The translations under genes and the position numbers were made by a program. A stretch of DNA of 32,000 nt from the NCBI RefSeq assembly GCF_051201565.1, contig NZ_CP179200.1, positions 1,410,001-1,442,000 of the forward strand. Reading direction: 5' to 3'. The stretch is from Pseudothioglobus sp. nBUS_23 (GTDB taxonomy: Bacteria > Pseudomonadota > Gammaproteobacteria > PS1 > Pseudothioglobaceae). The notes beneath the pieces were generated by a model. It made no database searches. It was not told the origin of the DNA and saw only the letters and a list, made by a program, of their open reading frames with translations. Positions 24,206-32,000 of this stretch are shown here, in pieces. The stretch's first letter is position 1, and each line of letters starts with the position of its first letter.

Positions 24206-25279
24206 TTAAAACCAAGGTCCTATTCCCAGTTGTGTCATCAATGCAACAACAAATATCCAAACAATTGTGAGCGGCAAGAAAACTTTCCAACAGAGTCTCA
24301 TAATTTGGTCATACCTAAATCTTGGGAAGGAGGCACGAATCCAAAAATACAAAAATAAAAAGAAGCTCATTTTGACTAATAGCCAAATCAAGTCAGGGAC
24401 AAATCCAAATAACTCCTCTAGGAATGGGATCCCTTCAAATGGGGAGTGCCAACCACCAAAAAACATGAGGACTGCCAGCATTGCCATGAAAATCATGTTG
24501 AAATATTCAGCCATAAAAAATAGTGCAAATGGCATACCTGAGTATTCAACATGTGTTCCGCCAACGATCTCAGATTCACCCTCGACAACGTCAAAAGGCG
24601 CCCTGTTAGTTTCCACTAAAGCGCCAATCCAGAAAACAATCATCATTGGGAAGAGTGGAATCCAGTACCAATTCAAAATTCCACCAGACTGACTTTCAAC
24701 AACCGTATTGAGGTTGACTGAACTTGCCACCATGACTACTGTAACAAGGACAAATCCTATAACTAATTCATAAGAAATTAATAGGGCTGTACTTCTGAGT
24801 GCTCCTAATAATGGGTACTTAGAGTTGGAGGCCCAGCCTGCCAAAACAATACCATACACACCAACTGATCCAATCGCCATCACATAGAGTAGGCTCACAT
24901 CGATATTAGCGATGTAGAAGTCCTCACCGAGCGGAACTACTGCCCACACTGCAACAGCAGGAACAAAGGCCAGGATTGGGGCGAGCAAAAAGAGATAGAT
25001 ATTTGACTTTGATGGAAAAATGACTTCTTTAAATAGCATTTTAAAGACATCGGCAAAGGGCTGAAGAAGGCCAAATGGCCCAACCCTGTTTGGTCCAATT
25101 CTAAGCTGCATAAAGCCGATCACTTTTCTTTCAGCATAGGTCATGTAGGCCATCATAATAATCAGAGGAAAAATAAGAGCCAAGCCCTTAATGACAATAA
25201 TTAAGATGTCAGCTAGGCTTCCATTAAACCAAGGAATCAACTGGTGTGTAAGGTCTACAAATGATTGCCACATAATCAA
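24206..25279 (-). CDS. nuoH: NADH-quinone oxidoreductase subunit H
   Basis: 357-aa membrane protein with AERKVIGFMQLRIGPNRVGPFGLLQPFAD and ETNRAPFD motifs typical of NuoH/ND1. Confidence 0.93.
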   Translation of the reverse strand: MIMWQSFVDLTHQLIPWFNGSLADILIIVIKGLALIFPLIIMMAYMTYAERKVIGFMQLRIGPNRVGPFGLLQPFADVFKMLFKEVIFPSKSNIYLFLLAPILAFVPAVAVWAVVPLGEDFYIANIDVSLLYVMAIGSVGVYGIVLAGWASNSKYPLLGALRSTALLISYELVIGFVLVTVVMVASSVNLNTVVESQSGGILNWYWIPLFPMMIVFWIGALVETNRAPFDVVEGESEIVGGTHVEYSGMPFALFFMAEYFNMIFMAMLAVLMFFGGWHSPFEGIPFLEELFGFVPDLIWLLVKMSFFLFLYFWIRASFPRFRYDQIMRLCWKVFLPLTIVWIFVVALMTQLGIGPWF

Positions 25280-25285
25280 TACCCC

Positions 25286-27541
25286 CTATGCCCTTCGAGC
25301 TTGATTAGTATGAATAAACACGCAGTCTTCAGCGACACTCTCTTCAATTGAAACTGGGACACCTAAATAAAGATCATCATCGCTTAGTCCAATCTTGTGG
25401 GCAGTCATTTTTGAAACATACGCTCTGTTAATCATGCCTACATTGGACTCTTGAAGAGCTTTAGCTCTTCGAGTCACGCTGTCAGATGCATAGGGTGCAT
25501 ACTGCCAATGAGTGGTTACCTGAGAATCATCAATACTCTGAATGTTAGCTTCATCAACACTTGATTTCACCTTAGAAGATTGAAGCGCCTCCTCTTTTAC
25601 CTGAGTGGAATCTACATAATCAAAACCCTGTAAATCCAACAAATCAGCCATCACTTTGATAATCTTCCAGCCAGGCTTAGATTCACCTGGGCTTTTGACT
25701 GATGCGCTATAGGATTGGACAAGTCCATCAAAATTAATGTGGGTTCCAGAAGATTCATAGAAAGAGGCCATAGGAAGAATCACATCCGCACTACTTAGCG
25801 TTGACTGATTCTCGAAACTGCTCAGCACAACAACAAAAACATCTTCCTTACTAAAATGACCTTGAGCAGACTTTGAGTCAATAAAGTCATACTCAGAATC
25901 CACATCCATCAATAAGAATGCCTTGGTATTATCATTAAACATTGAAATGGCATTAAGCCCATTACTAGATGGAATAAAGTTGGCCTTTTCGGCTGAATGA
26001 GAGTTGCCTGATATAGTTATGTTTGCAATTTTAAGGTTTGTTGCAGATGCAATTTTCTCAATCAGGTTTATAATCGCTAGGGAATTTGGATTGCTGTTAA
26101 GGTGCTCTCCTAAAACAATGACTCCGTTTTCTGATGCAATTAAGTCGTCCGCAATTATGTTGTGAATTTCACTTGGACTGACATCAGATACATCATTAGG
26201 GATATCTTGATTTGTTTTTAAATGCACTGCCTTTAGGACAGATTGAAGTACTGATAATAGTTTTTGTGGCGCTGTCAATGCATTACATTTTGTTTTGAAA
26301 TTAAAATCAAAATTTTTACTGTTGATCGTATTGACAGATGCGCCATCCAAAGCAGCCTTTCTAATTCGATGATTGATCATGGGCTGCTCGAGTCGAGTAT
26401 ATGATCCAATAATCAAGGCGTGGTCAACAGATTCAATTTCTGACAAATTTATCGATGACTCTAGAGAGCTGCCTGTGCTTAATTGAGTTTGATCTAACCT
26501 GAAATCAATATTTTCTGATCCAAACTTTCGAGCTAATTTTTGCATCAAATAGAACTCTTCCAATGATGCATGTTTTGACGCCAAAACACCCAACTGATCT
26601 GGATTTATTGCATTATTTTTGATTCCATCAACCGCAAACTGAAGGGCTTGCTGCCAATCAGTATCTTGCCACTCACCGTCAACTTTAATTTTAGGTTTTA
26701 GCGCACGGCTTTCATGATTCAGGCCTTCGTATGAAAAGCGATCCCTATCAGAAATCCATGTTTCATTAATAGAGTCATTGTCTCTAGCAACAACCCTCTT
26801 TACTTTGCCTCTGTAACTCTGAGTATAGATGTTTGATCCAACCAAGTCATGACGAGCAACACTCTGGACTGCGTTCATTTGCCATGTTCGAGCTTCATAT
26901 CTAAACGGTTTGGAGGTTAATGCTCCAACCGGACAAACATCGATCATATTTCCTGATAACTCTGACTGAATTCCTTCGGTTAGGAACGGTTCAATTTTGA
27001 CACCTTCGCCTCTTCCAGTTCCGCCCATCTCAACAATGCCAGCGACTTCAGCGCCAAATCTGACACACCTTGTGCAGTGAATACAACGAGTCATATCAGT
27101 CTGGATAAGAGCTCCAATGCCTTTATCAGGAACGATTCTCTTGCCTAAATTGAATTTCGAGACGTCTGAGCCATACTCCATGGCCACATCTTGAAGCTCA
27201 CACTCACCGCCTTGATCACATATAGGGCAATCCAAAGGGTGATTGATAAGCAAAAACTCCATGACTGCTTTTTGTGCAAACTTAGCCTTGTCATTTTTTG
27301 TATTAATTTTCATACCGTTTGCAGCAGGAGTTGAGCATGCTGGCTGGGCCTTTGGAACACCCTCAATGTCTACCAAACACATTCTGCAGTTTGCAGCAAC
27401 GGATAACTTTTTATGATAGCAAAAGCGAGGCACATCTATCCCCTCTCTATCAGCAATACTGATGATTGAGTCACCTTGGCTAGCCTTGACTATATGACCA
27501 TCAATTTCAATTTCAATTTCAGACACTTGCTGCTTCCTCAA
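25286..27541 (-). CDS. nuoG: NADH-quinone oxidoreductase subunit G
   Basis: 751 aa with N-terminal Fe-S motifs (CYHKKLSVAANCRMC, HPLDCPICDQGGECELQD, CIHCTRCVRF, CPVGALT). The ATG at 27541 overlaps the nuoF end by 23 nt. An alternative GTG at 27526 follows AGGAAG and would remove the overlap. Confidence 0.92.
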   Translation of the reverse strand: MRKQQVSEIEIEIDGHIVKASQGDSIISIADREGIDVPRFCYHKKLSVAANCRMCLVDIEGVPKAQPACSTPAANGMKINTKNDKAKFAQKAVMEFLLINHPLDCPICDQGGECELQDVAMEYGSDVSKFNLGKRIVPDKGIGALIQTDMTRCIHCTRCVRFGAEVAGIVEMGGTGRGEGVKIEPFLTEGIQSELSGNMIDVCPVGALTSKPFRYEARTWQMNAVQSVARHDLVGSNIYTQSYRGKVKRVVARDNDSINETWISDRDRFSYEGLNHESRALKPKIKVDGEWQDTDWQQALQFAVDGIKNNAINPDQLGVLASKHASLEEFYLMQKLARKFGSENIDFRLDQTQLSTGSSLESSINLSEIESVDHALIIGSYTRLEQPMINHRIRKAALDGASVNTINSKNFDFNFKTKCNALTAPQKLLSVLQSVLKAVHLKTNQDIPNDVSDVSPSEIHNIIADDLIASENGVIVLGEHLNSNPNSLAIINLIEKIASATNLKIANITISGNSHSAEKANFIPSSNGLNAISMFNDNTKAFLLMDVDSEYDFIDSKSAQGHFSKEDVFVVVLSSFENQSTLSSADVILPMASFYESSGTHINFDGLVQSYSASVKSPGESKPGWKIIKVMADLLDLQGFDYVDSTQVKEEALQSSKVKSSVDEANIQSIDDSQVTTHWQYAPYASDSVTRRAKALQESNVGMINRAYVSKMTAHKIGLSDDDLYLGVPVSIEESVAEDCVFIHTNQARRA

Positions 27542-28820
27542 TCAGGTTATGCTTTTCTTCCACCATGCTCTTTCCGTTCTGAATATAGTATTCGAACTCT
27601 TCCCTAAAGTGCTTGATGAAGCTCTCGACAGGGGTTGCAGCTGCATCTCCAAGAGCGCAGATTGTATTTCCCATGATTTTTTCACCAACTGATAAGAGTA
27701 AATCTAAATCCTCTTCTTGGCCATTACCATCAAGTATTCTTTGCAACATTCTATATAGCCAGCCAGTTCCTTCTCTGCAAGGCGTGCATTGTCCGCAAGA
27801 CTCATCATAATAAAAGTGGGCTAAACGGGTTAAAGTTTTGACCATACAGGTTGTATCATCCATCACAATCACGGATCCAGCACCTAGCATTGATCCTGCA
27901 TTTGCAATGCTGTCGTAGTCCATAGTCATGTTCATAGCGGTCTCAGCAGGCAATAGAGGCGTTGATGAACCACCCGGGATAACTGCTTTGAGTTTGCGCC
28001 CCTCTTTCAAACCCCCAGCAAGCTCTAATAACTTAGAGAAAGGCGTACCCATAGGGACTTCAAAATTAGAAGGGTTTTTGACATTTCCTGTTACCGAAAA
28101 GCACTTTGTTCCGCCCGAATTCTCAACCCCTAGATCAGCAAACCACTGTCCGCCTCTTGAAAGGATTTCTGGAACTGAGGCAAAGGTCTCAGTATTGTTA
28201 ATTGTTGTTGGCTTACCAAATAAGCCGACATTGGCTGGGAAAGGCGGTTTAAATCTTGGCTGGCCTTTTTTGCCTTCGAGTGATTCAAGAAGAGCTGTTT
28301 CTTCACCACAGATGTAAGCTCCAGCCCCAAGATGGGTATAGAGGTCATAAGAAATTGCACTGTCTTGAATGTTTTTTCCAAGTAAGCCTGCTTTGTAGGC
28401 ATCTTTTAAGGCCTCTTCAAAGCGATAATAGGGCTCCATAAATTCACCACGAATATAGTTGTATCCAACCGTTGCATTCATGACAAAGCCTGCAATAGCC
28501 ATCCCCTCAATCACAGAGTGCGGGTTGTATCTCAGTATGTCACGATCATGACAGGTTCCGGGCTCACCTTCATCGGAGTTACAAACGACGTACTTCTGAC
28601 CCTCTTGATTTCGCGGCATAAAGCTCCACTTTAGCCCTGTCGGAAAACCAGCACCACCGCGACCTCTTAATCCAGAGGTTTTTAATTCTGATATTATTTC
28701 GTCAGGCGTTAACTCGCCGTTAAGGATTTTGCGCCAAACTTTGTATCCACCATTTGCTTCATAGGTAGCAAAACTTGCCGGATTCTCTTTATCTAGGTTT
28801 TTAAAACAAACTTCATTCAT
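27519..28820 (-). CDS. nuoF: NADH-quinone oxidoreductase subunit F
   Basis: 433 aa with GLRGRGGAGFPTG, the FMN/NADH site GAGAYICGEETALLESLEG, and the 4Fe-4S motif CGQCTPCREG. Confidence 0.95.
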   Translation of the reverse strand: MNEVCFKNLDKENPASFATYEANGGYKVWRKILNGELTPDEIISELKTSGLRGRGGAGFPTGLKWSFMPRNQEGQKYVVCNSDEGEPGTCHDRDILRYNPHSVIEGMAIAGFVMNATVGYNYIRGEFMEPYYRFEEALKDAYKAGLLGKNIQDSAISYDLYTHLGAGAYICGEETALLESLEGKKGQPRFKPPFPANVGLFGKPTTINNTETFASVPEILSRGGQWFADLGVENSGGTKCFSVTGNVKNPSNFEVPMGTPFSKLLELAGGLKEGRKLKAVIPGGSSTPLLPAETAMNMTMDYDSIANAGSMLGAGSVIVMDDTTCMVKTLTRLAHFYYDESCGQCTPCREGTGWLYRMLQRILDGNGQEEDLDLLLSVGEKIMGNTICALGDAAATPVESFIKHFREEFEYYIQNGKSMVEEKHNLIEEAASV

Positions 28821-29290
28821 GTTAAATCTTCCAAAATGTTGTCTAATTTTTCTTTAGTTAAATGCTCGTAATACTGGTCGCCAATTTGACACATTGGTCC
28901 ACCTACACAAGCCCCTAAACATTCAACCTTCTTTACACTAACCAAGCCATCTTTGCTGACTTGGCCTGTTTTTACCTCTAACTTATCTTCTAAATATGAA
29001 ATTAACTCATCGGAGCCATTTAGCATGCAAGAGATATTGTGGCAGAAACGAACCACATGCTTACCAACTGGCTTATGATTGTAATTTTCATAAAATGTTG
29101 CTACCTCTTGAACACTAATTACGGGCATCTCTAAGTAATCAGCAACTTCATTAATGAGATCAGGATTTAAGCTTCCTCCATTCTCCTTTTGGACAATAGT
29201 TAAAGCTTGCATGACAGCTGAACTTTTACGTCCTTCAGGGTATTTAGAAACCCAAAAATCAATCTCTTTTTTTGCTTCATTTGAAATCAT
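28817..29290 (-). CDS. nuoE: NADH-quinone oxidoreductase subunit E
   Basis: 157 aa with 2Fe-2S cysteines ([11 protein letters not shown] ... [12 protein letters not shown]). Confidence 0.93.
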   Translation of the reverse strand: MISNEAKKEIDFWVSKYPEGRKSSAVMQALTIVQKENGGSLNPDLINEVADYLEMPVISVQEVATFYENYNHKPVGKHVVRFCHNISCMLNGSDELISYLEDKLEVKTGQVSKDGLVSVKKVECLGACVGGPMCQIGDQYYEHLTKEKLDNILEDLT

Positions 29291-30540
29291 CTATCAACCT
29301 CACCAAAAACAACATCTTGAGAACCAATTATGGTTACTACGTCAGATAACATATGCCCCTTTGACATTTCGTCCATTGCCGCAAGATGAGCAAAACCCGG
29401 CGCCCTTATCTTTACTCTGTAAGGTTTATTTGCTCCATCTGAAACAAGATAAACTCCAAATTCACCCTTCGGCGCTTCAACCGCTGTATAGCTTTCACCC
29501 TCAGGCAAACAGTAGCCCTCAGTAAATAATTTAAAGTGGTGAATAAGTGACTCCATATCATCCTTCATGTCTTCTCTGTTTGGCGGCGTTACTTTGTGAT
29601 CATCAGACATCACCGGTCCGGGGTTTGCCTTCAGCCAAGCTACACATTGATTGATAATGTGGGTCGATTGACGCATCTCCTCCATACGAACTAAGTAACG
29701 ATCATAGCAGTCACCAGTCACACCCACAGGAACCTCAAAATCGAGCTTGTCGTAGACAGAGTAGGGCTCGTTTTTACGAATGTCCCACTCGACTCCAGAG
29801 CCTCTGAGCATTGCTCCAGTAAATCCGAGCTGCATGGCTCTTTCTGGAGAAACGACTGCAATATTCACGAGTCTTTGCTTCCAAATTCGGTTGTCTGTGA
29901 GCAGGTCAGAGTACTGCTGAATGCTTTTAGGAAAATTCTTTGCGAAGTCTTCAATAAAATCTAGCAGTGAACCCTGCCTATTTGCATTAATCTCTTCGAG
30001 CTTTTCCTTGGATCTTAATTTAGATTCGAGGTACTGAGGCATCTTATCTGGCAGATCTCTGTAAACTCCCCCCGGCCTGTAATAAGTCGCATGCATTCTT
30101 GATCCACTGACCGCCTCATAGCAATCAATTAGGCTTTCACGCTCTCGGAAAGCATACAAAAATACGCTCATCGCACCGACATCTAAACCGTGCGTACCGA
30201 CCCACATCAAATGATTCATGATTCTTGTGATCTCATCAAACATCACTCTGATGTATTCTGCCCGCTCAGGAACTTTAATCCCTAGCATTTTTTCAATGCC
30301 CATTACGTAAGCATGCTCATTACACATCATAGAGACATAATCAAGTCGATCCATATATCCAATTGATTGGTTGTATGGCTTTGATTCAGCTAATTTTTCT
30401 GTTCCCCTATGCAGCAATCCAATATGAGGGTCGGCTCTCTCAACGACCTCTCCGTCCAGCTCAAGAATGAGTCTGAGAACACCGTGTGCAGCAGGGTGCT
30501 GTGGTCCAAAGTTCAGAGTGTAGTTTTTCATTTCAGACAT
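29287..30540 (-). CDS. nuoD: NADH-quinone oxidoreductase subunit D
   Basis: 417 aa with N-terminal [15 protein letters not shown] and C-terminal [10 protein letters not shown], both hallmark NuoD/49-kDa motifs. It is a separate gene from nuoC. Confidence 0.95.
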   Translation of the reverse strand: MSEMKNYTLNFGPQHPAAHGVLRLILELDGEVVERADPHIGLLHRGTEKLAESKPYNQSIGYMDRLDYVSMMCNEHAYVMGIEKMLGIKVPERAEYIRVMFDEITRIMNHLMWVGTHGLDVGAMSVFLYAFRERESLIDCYEAVSGSRMHATYYRPGGVYRDLPDKMPQYLESKLRSKEKLEEINANRQGSLLDFIEDFAKNFPKSIQQYSDLLTDNRIWKQRLVNIAVVSPERAMQLGFTGAMLRGSGVEWDIRKNEPYSVYDKLDFEVPVGVTGDCYDRYLVRMEEMRQSTHIINQCVAWLKANPGPVMSDDHKVTPPNREDMKDDMESLIHHFKLFTEGYCLPEGESYTAVEAPKGEFGVYLVSDGANKPYRVKIRAPGFAHLAAMDEMSKGHMLSDVVTIIGSQDVVFGEVDR

Positions 30541-30542
30541 AT

Positions 30543-31157
30543 TTACTTCCTTATCACTCTGGGAACATTGACGTTTGGCTCAATACTAACTGGCTCATAG
30601 ACCACTCTTCCTAATTCCTCATCATAACGCATCTCTACTTCACCAATCATTGGGAAATCTTTTCTGAGCGGATGGCCAACAAAGCCATAATCAGTCAAAA
30701 TCCTTCTCAGGTCATTATGGTTTTCAAACAGAATTCCAAATAAATCAAAAGCCTCTCTTTCAAACCAGTCAGCACAATTCCAAATCTTAGTGACCGATTG
30801 AATCATTAAGTTCTCAGAAGATAGAAGTGCCTTTACTCTAAGTCTCTGGTTAGTTGAAACAGAAAGTAAATGGTAAACCACTCCAAAGCGCTGTTCTTTT
30901 TGATTGGTTGATTGTTGTGCTTGACGAGCCCTTCCAAATCCAGATGAGCTGGCATTACCATTCCAGTCAGAATCACCATAAGTTAAATAATCGATACCGC
31001 AAAGATCCATCAATATTTCGAATTGAAAATCGTCTTTTAATTTCTGGCAAACCTCTAAAACGTCTTCACTCTTGATGTTTAGTGTGAGCTCATTAAGAGA
31101 TTCACTCACATTTTTTTTACCAAAGGCTTTGGATAATTTTTGCTTTAATTCTTTCAT
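30543..31157 (-). CDS. nuoC: NADH-quinone oxidoreductase subunit C
   Basis: 204 aa with the [41 protein letters not shown] motif of NuoC/30-kDa. Confidence 0.93.
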   Translation of the reverse strand: MKELKQKLSKAFGKKNVSESLNELTLNIKSEDVLEVCQKLKDDFQFEILMDLCGIDYLTYGDSDWNGNASSSGFGRARQAQQSTNQKEQRFGVVYHLLSVSTNQRLRVKALLSSENLMIQSVTKIWNCADWFEREAFDLFGILFENHNDLRRILTDYGFVGHPLRKDFPMIGEVEMRYDEELGRVVYEPVSIEPNVNVPRVIRK

Positions 31158-31160
31158 GAT

Positions 31161-31640
31161 TTAGGTTCGCGCAATTGTATTGGTTCTTCGAATTTTGTCC
31201 TGCAATTGAAGAATTCCATAAAGGAGTGCTTCAGCTGTTGGGGGACAGCCTGGAACATAAACATCAACAGGAACAATTCGATCACAACCCCTGACTACTG
31301 CATATGAGTAGTGGTAATATCCTCCTCCATTCGCACAAGATCCCATAGATAAGACATACTTTGGTTCTGGCATCTGGTCATAGACCTTTCTCAGTGCAGG
31401 AGCCATTTTGTTAGTCAAAGTTCCCGCAACAATCATCAAGTCTGACTGGCGAGGGGTTGGTCTGAATACAATTCCAAAACGATCAAGGTCATATCTTGAT
31501 GAACCAGCCTCCATCATCTCAACGGCGCAACAAGCAAGGCCAAAAGTCATCGGCCAGAGTGAGCCTGTTCTTGCCCAATTTATAACTTTGTCTAATGAGG
31601 TTGTGACAAAGCCTTCTTTCATTAAGCCTTCAATAGCCAT
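31161..31640 (-). CDS. nuoB: NADH-quinone oxidoreductase subunit B
   Basis: 159 aa. [20 protein letters not shown] and VPGCPP are the N2-cluster ligand motifs. The short form with the N-terminus MAIEG..KEGFVTT resembles the beta-proteobacterial type as I recall it. Confidence 0.95.
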   Translation of the reverse strand: MAIEGLMKEGFVTTSLDKVINWARTGSLWPMTFGLACCAVEMMEAGSSRYDLDRFGIVFRPTPRQSDLMIVAGTLTNKMAPALRKVYDQMPEPKYVLSMGSCANGGGYYHYSYAVVRGCDRIVPVDVYVPGCPPTAEALLYGILQLQDKIRRTNTIART

Positions 31641-31652
31641 AGTGACTCCTTG

Positions 31653-32000
31653 TTATTCCCACTCTAAAGCCCCTTTTTTCCACTCAAAAATAAATCCAAC
31701 CACAAGAAGCAGTAAAAATATAGACATTGAAATAAAACCAAACCATCCAAGCTCAGCCTGAACGACTGCCCAAGGAATAAAAAAGGCAACTTCAAGGTCA
31801 AAAAGGACAAACAAAATCGCAACGAGATAGTAGCGGATGTTGAAGTGCATACGAGAATCATCAAAAGCTGGAAATCCGCACTCAAATTGTGAGTTTTTTT
31901 CCTCACTCGGATCGCTCGGACCAAGCAGGTAGCCAACAACTGTAAGCCCTACTCCAAAGGCAATTCCTAGGAAAATAAAGACGATAATGGGTAAATAATT
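31653..32000 (-). CDS. nuoA: NADH-quinone oxidoreductase subunit A (5' end beyond window)
   Basis: The ORF track lists only the part from an internal Met (31850). My reverse-strand translation stays open to position 32000: [78 protein letters not shown]..., which is the NuoA/ND3 pattern. Only a few N-terminal residues are missing. Confidence 0.9.
   Translation of the reverse strand, partial: NYLPIIVFIFLGIAFGVGLTVVGYLLGPSDPSEEKNSQFECGFPAFDDSRMHFNIRYYLVAILFVLFDLEVAFFIPWAVVQAELGWFGFISMSIFLLLLVVGFIFEWKKGALEWE

Noticed and set aside
1-32000. A scan for tRNA or rRNA genes, CRISPR repeats, IS or transposase or integrase genes, phage or defence-system genes, and long direct or inverted repeats.
   Set aside because: None were recognised. 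Every ORF over about 100 aa that is not a shadow ORF has a plausible metabolic or respiratory assignment, and intergenic regions are all 178 bp or shorter. This was a by-eye scan only, so short or degenerate repeats could have been missed.

Overview
This is an AT-rich chromosome segment (about 40% G+C by eye) of beta/gamma-proteobacterial type. It carries 33 protein-coding genes, 31 of them on the minus strand. I saw no tRNA or rRNA genes, CRISPR arrays, transposases, integrases or long repeats. The right half (17812-32000) is a complete, tightly packed 14-gene NADH:quinone oxidoreductase operon, nuoA-N. nuoA is cut at its 5' end by the window edge, nuoC and nuoD are separate, and NuoB is the short type. 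This half looks like ordinary core metabolism. The left half (1-17771) is more interesting and looks like a small-amine / C1-C4 catabolic neighbourhood. Its core is a split-glutamate-synthase-like GlxBCD/MgsABC trio flanked by two different glutamine-synthetase-family ligases, as in the gamma-glutamylmethylamide / N-methylglutamate pathway. No N-methylglutamate dehydrogenase genes lie in the window. The same co-directional array also holds an AsnC/Lrp regulator, an EutQ-like cupin, glyoxalase I and a Rieske oxygenase. It is distally followed by a MetX-like alpha/beta-hydrolase translationally coupled to a CsaA-like tRNA-binding protein. A second Rieske oxygenase plus a D-2-hydroxyacid dehydrogenase are transcribed divergently across an AT-rich control region containing palindromes. 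Further genes encode glycerate kinase, acetoacetyl-CoA synthetase, a DMT transporter and a cytoplasmic glycerophosphodiester phosphodiesterase. The main hypothesis is an amine gamma-glutamylation pathway in which Rieske oxygenases, rather than the canonical dehydrogenase, do the oxidative step. This is inference only. All calls rest on motif recognition by eye, with no database search or alignment software.
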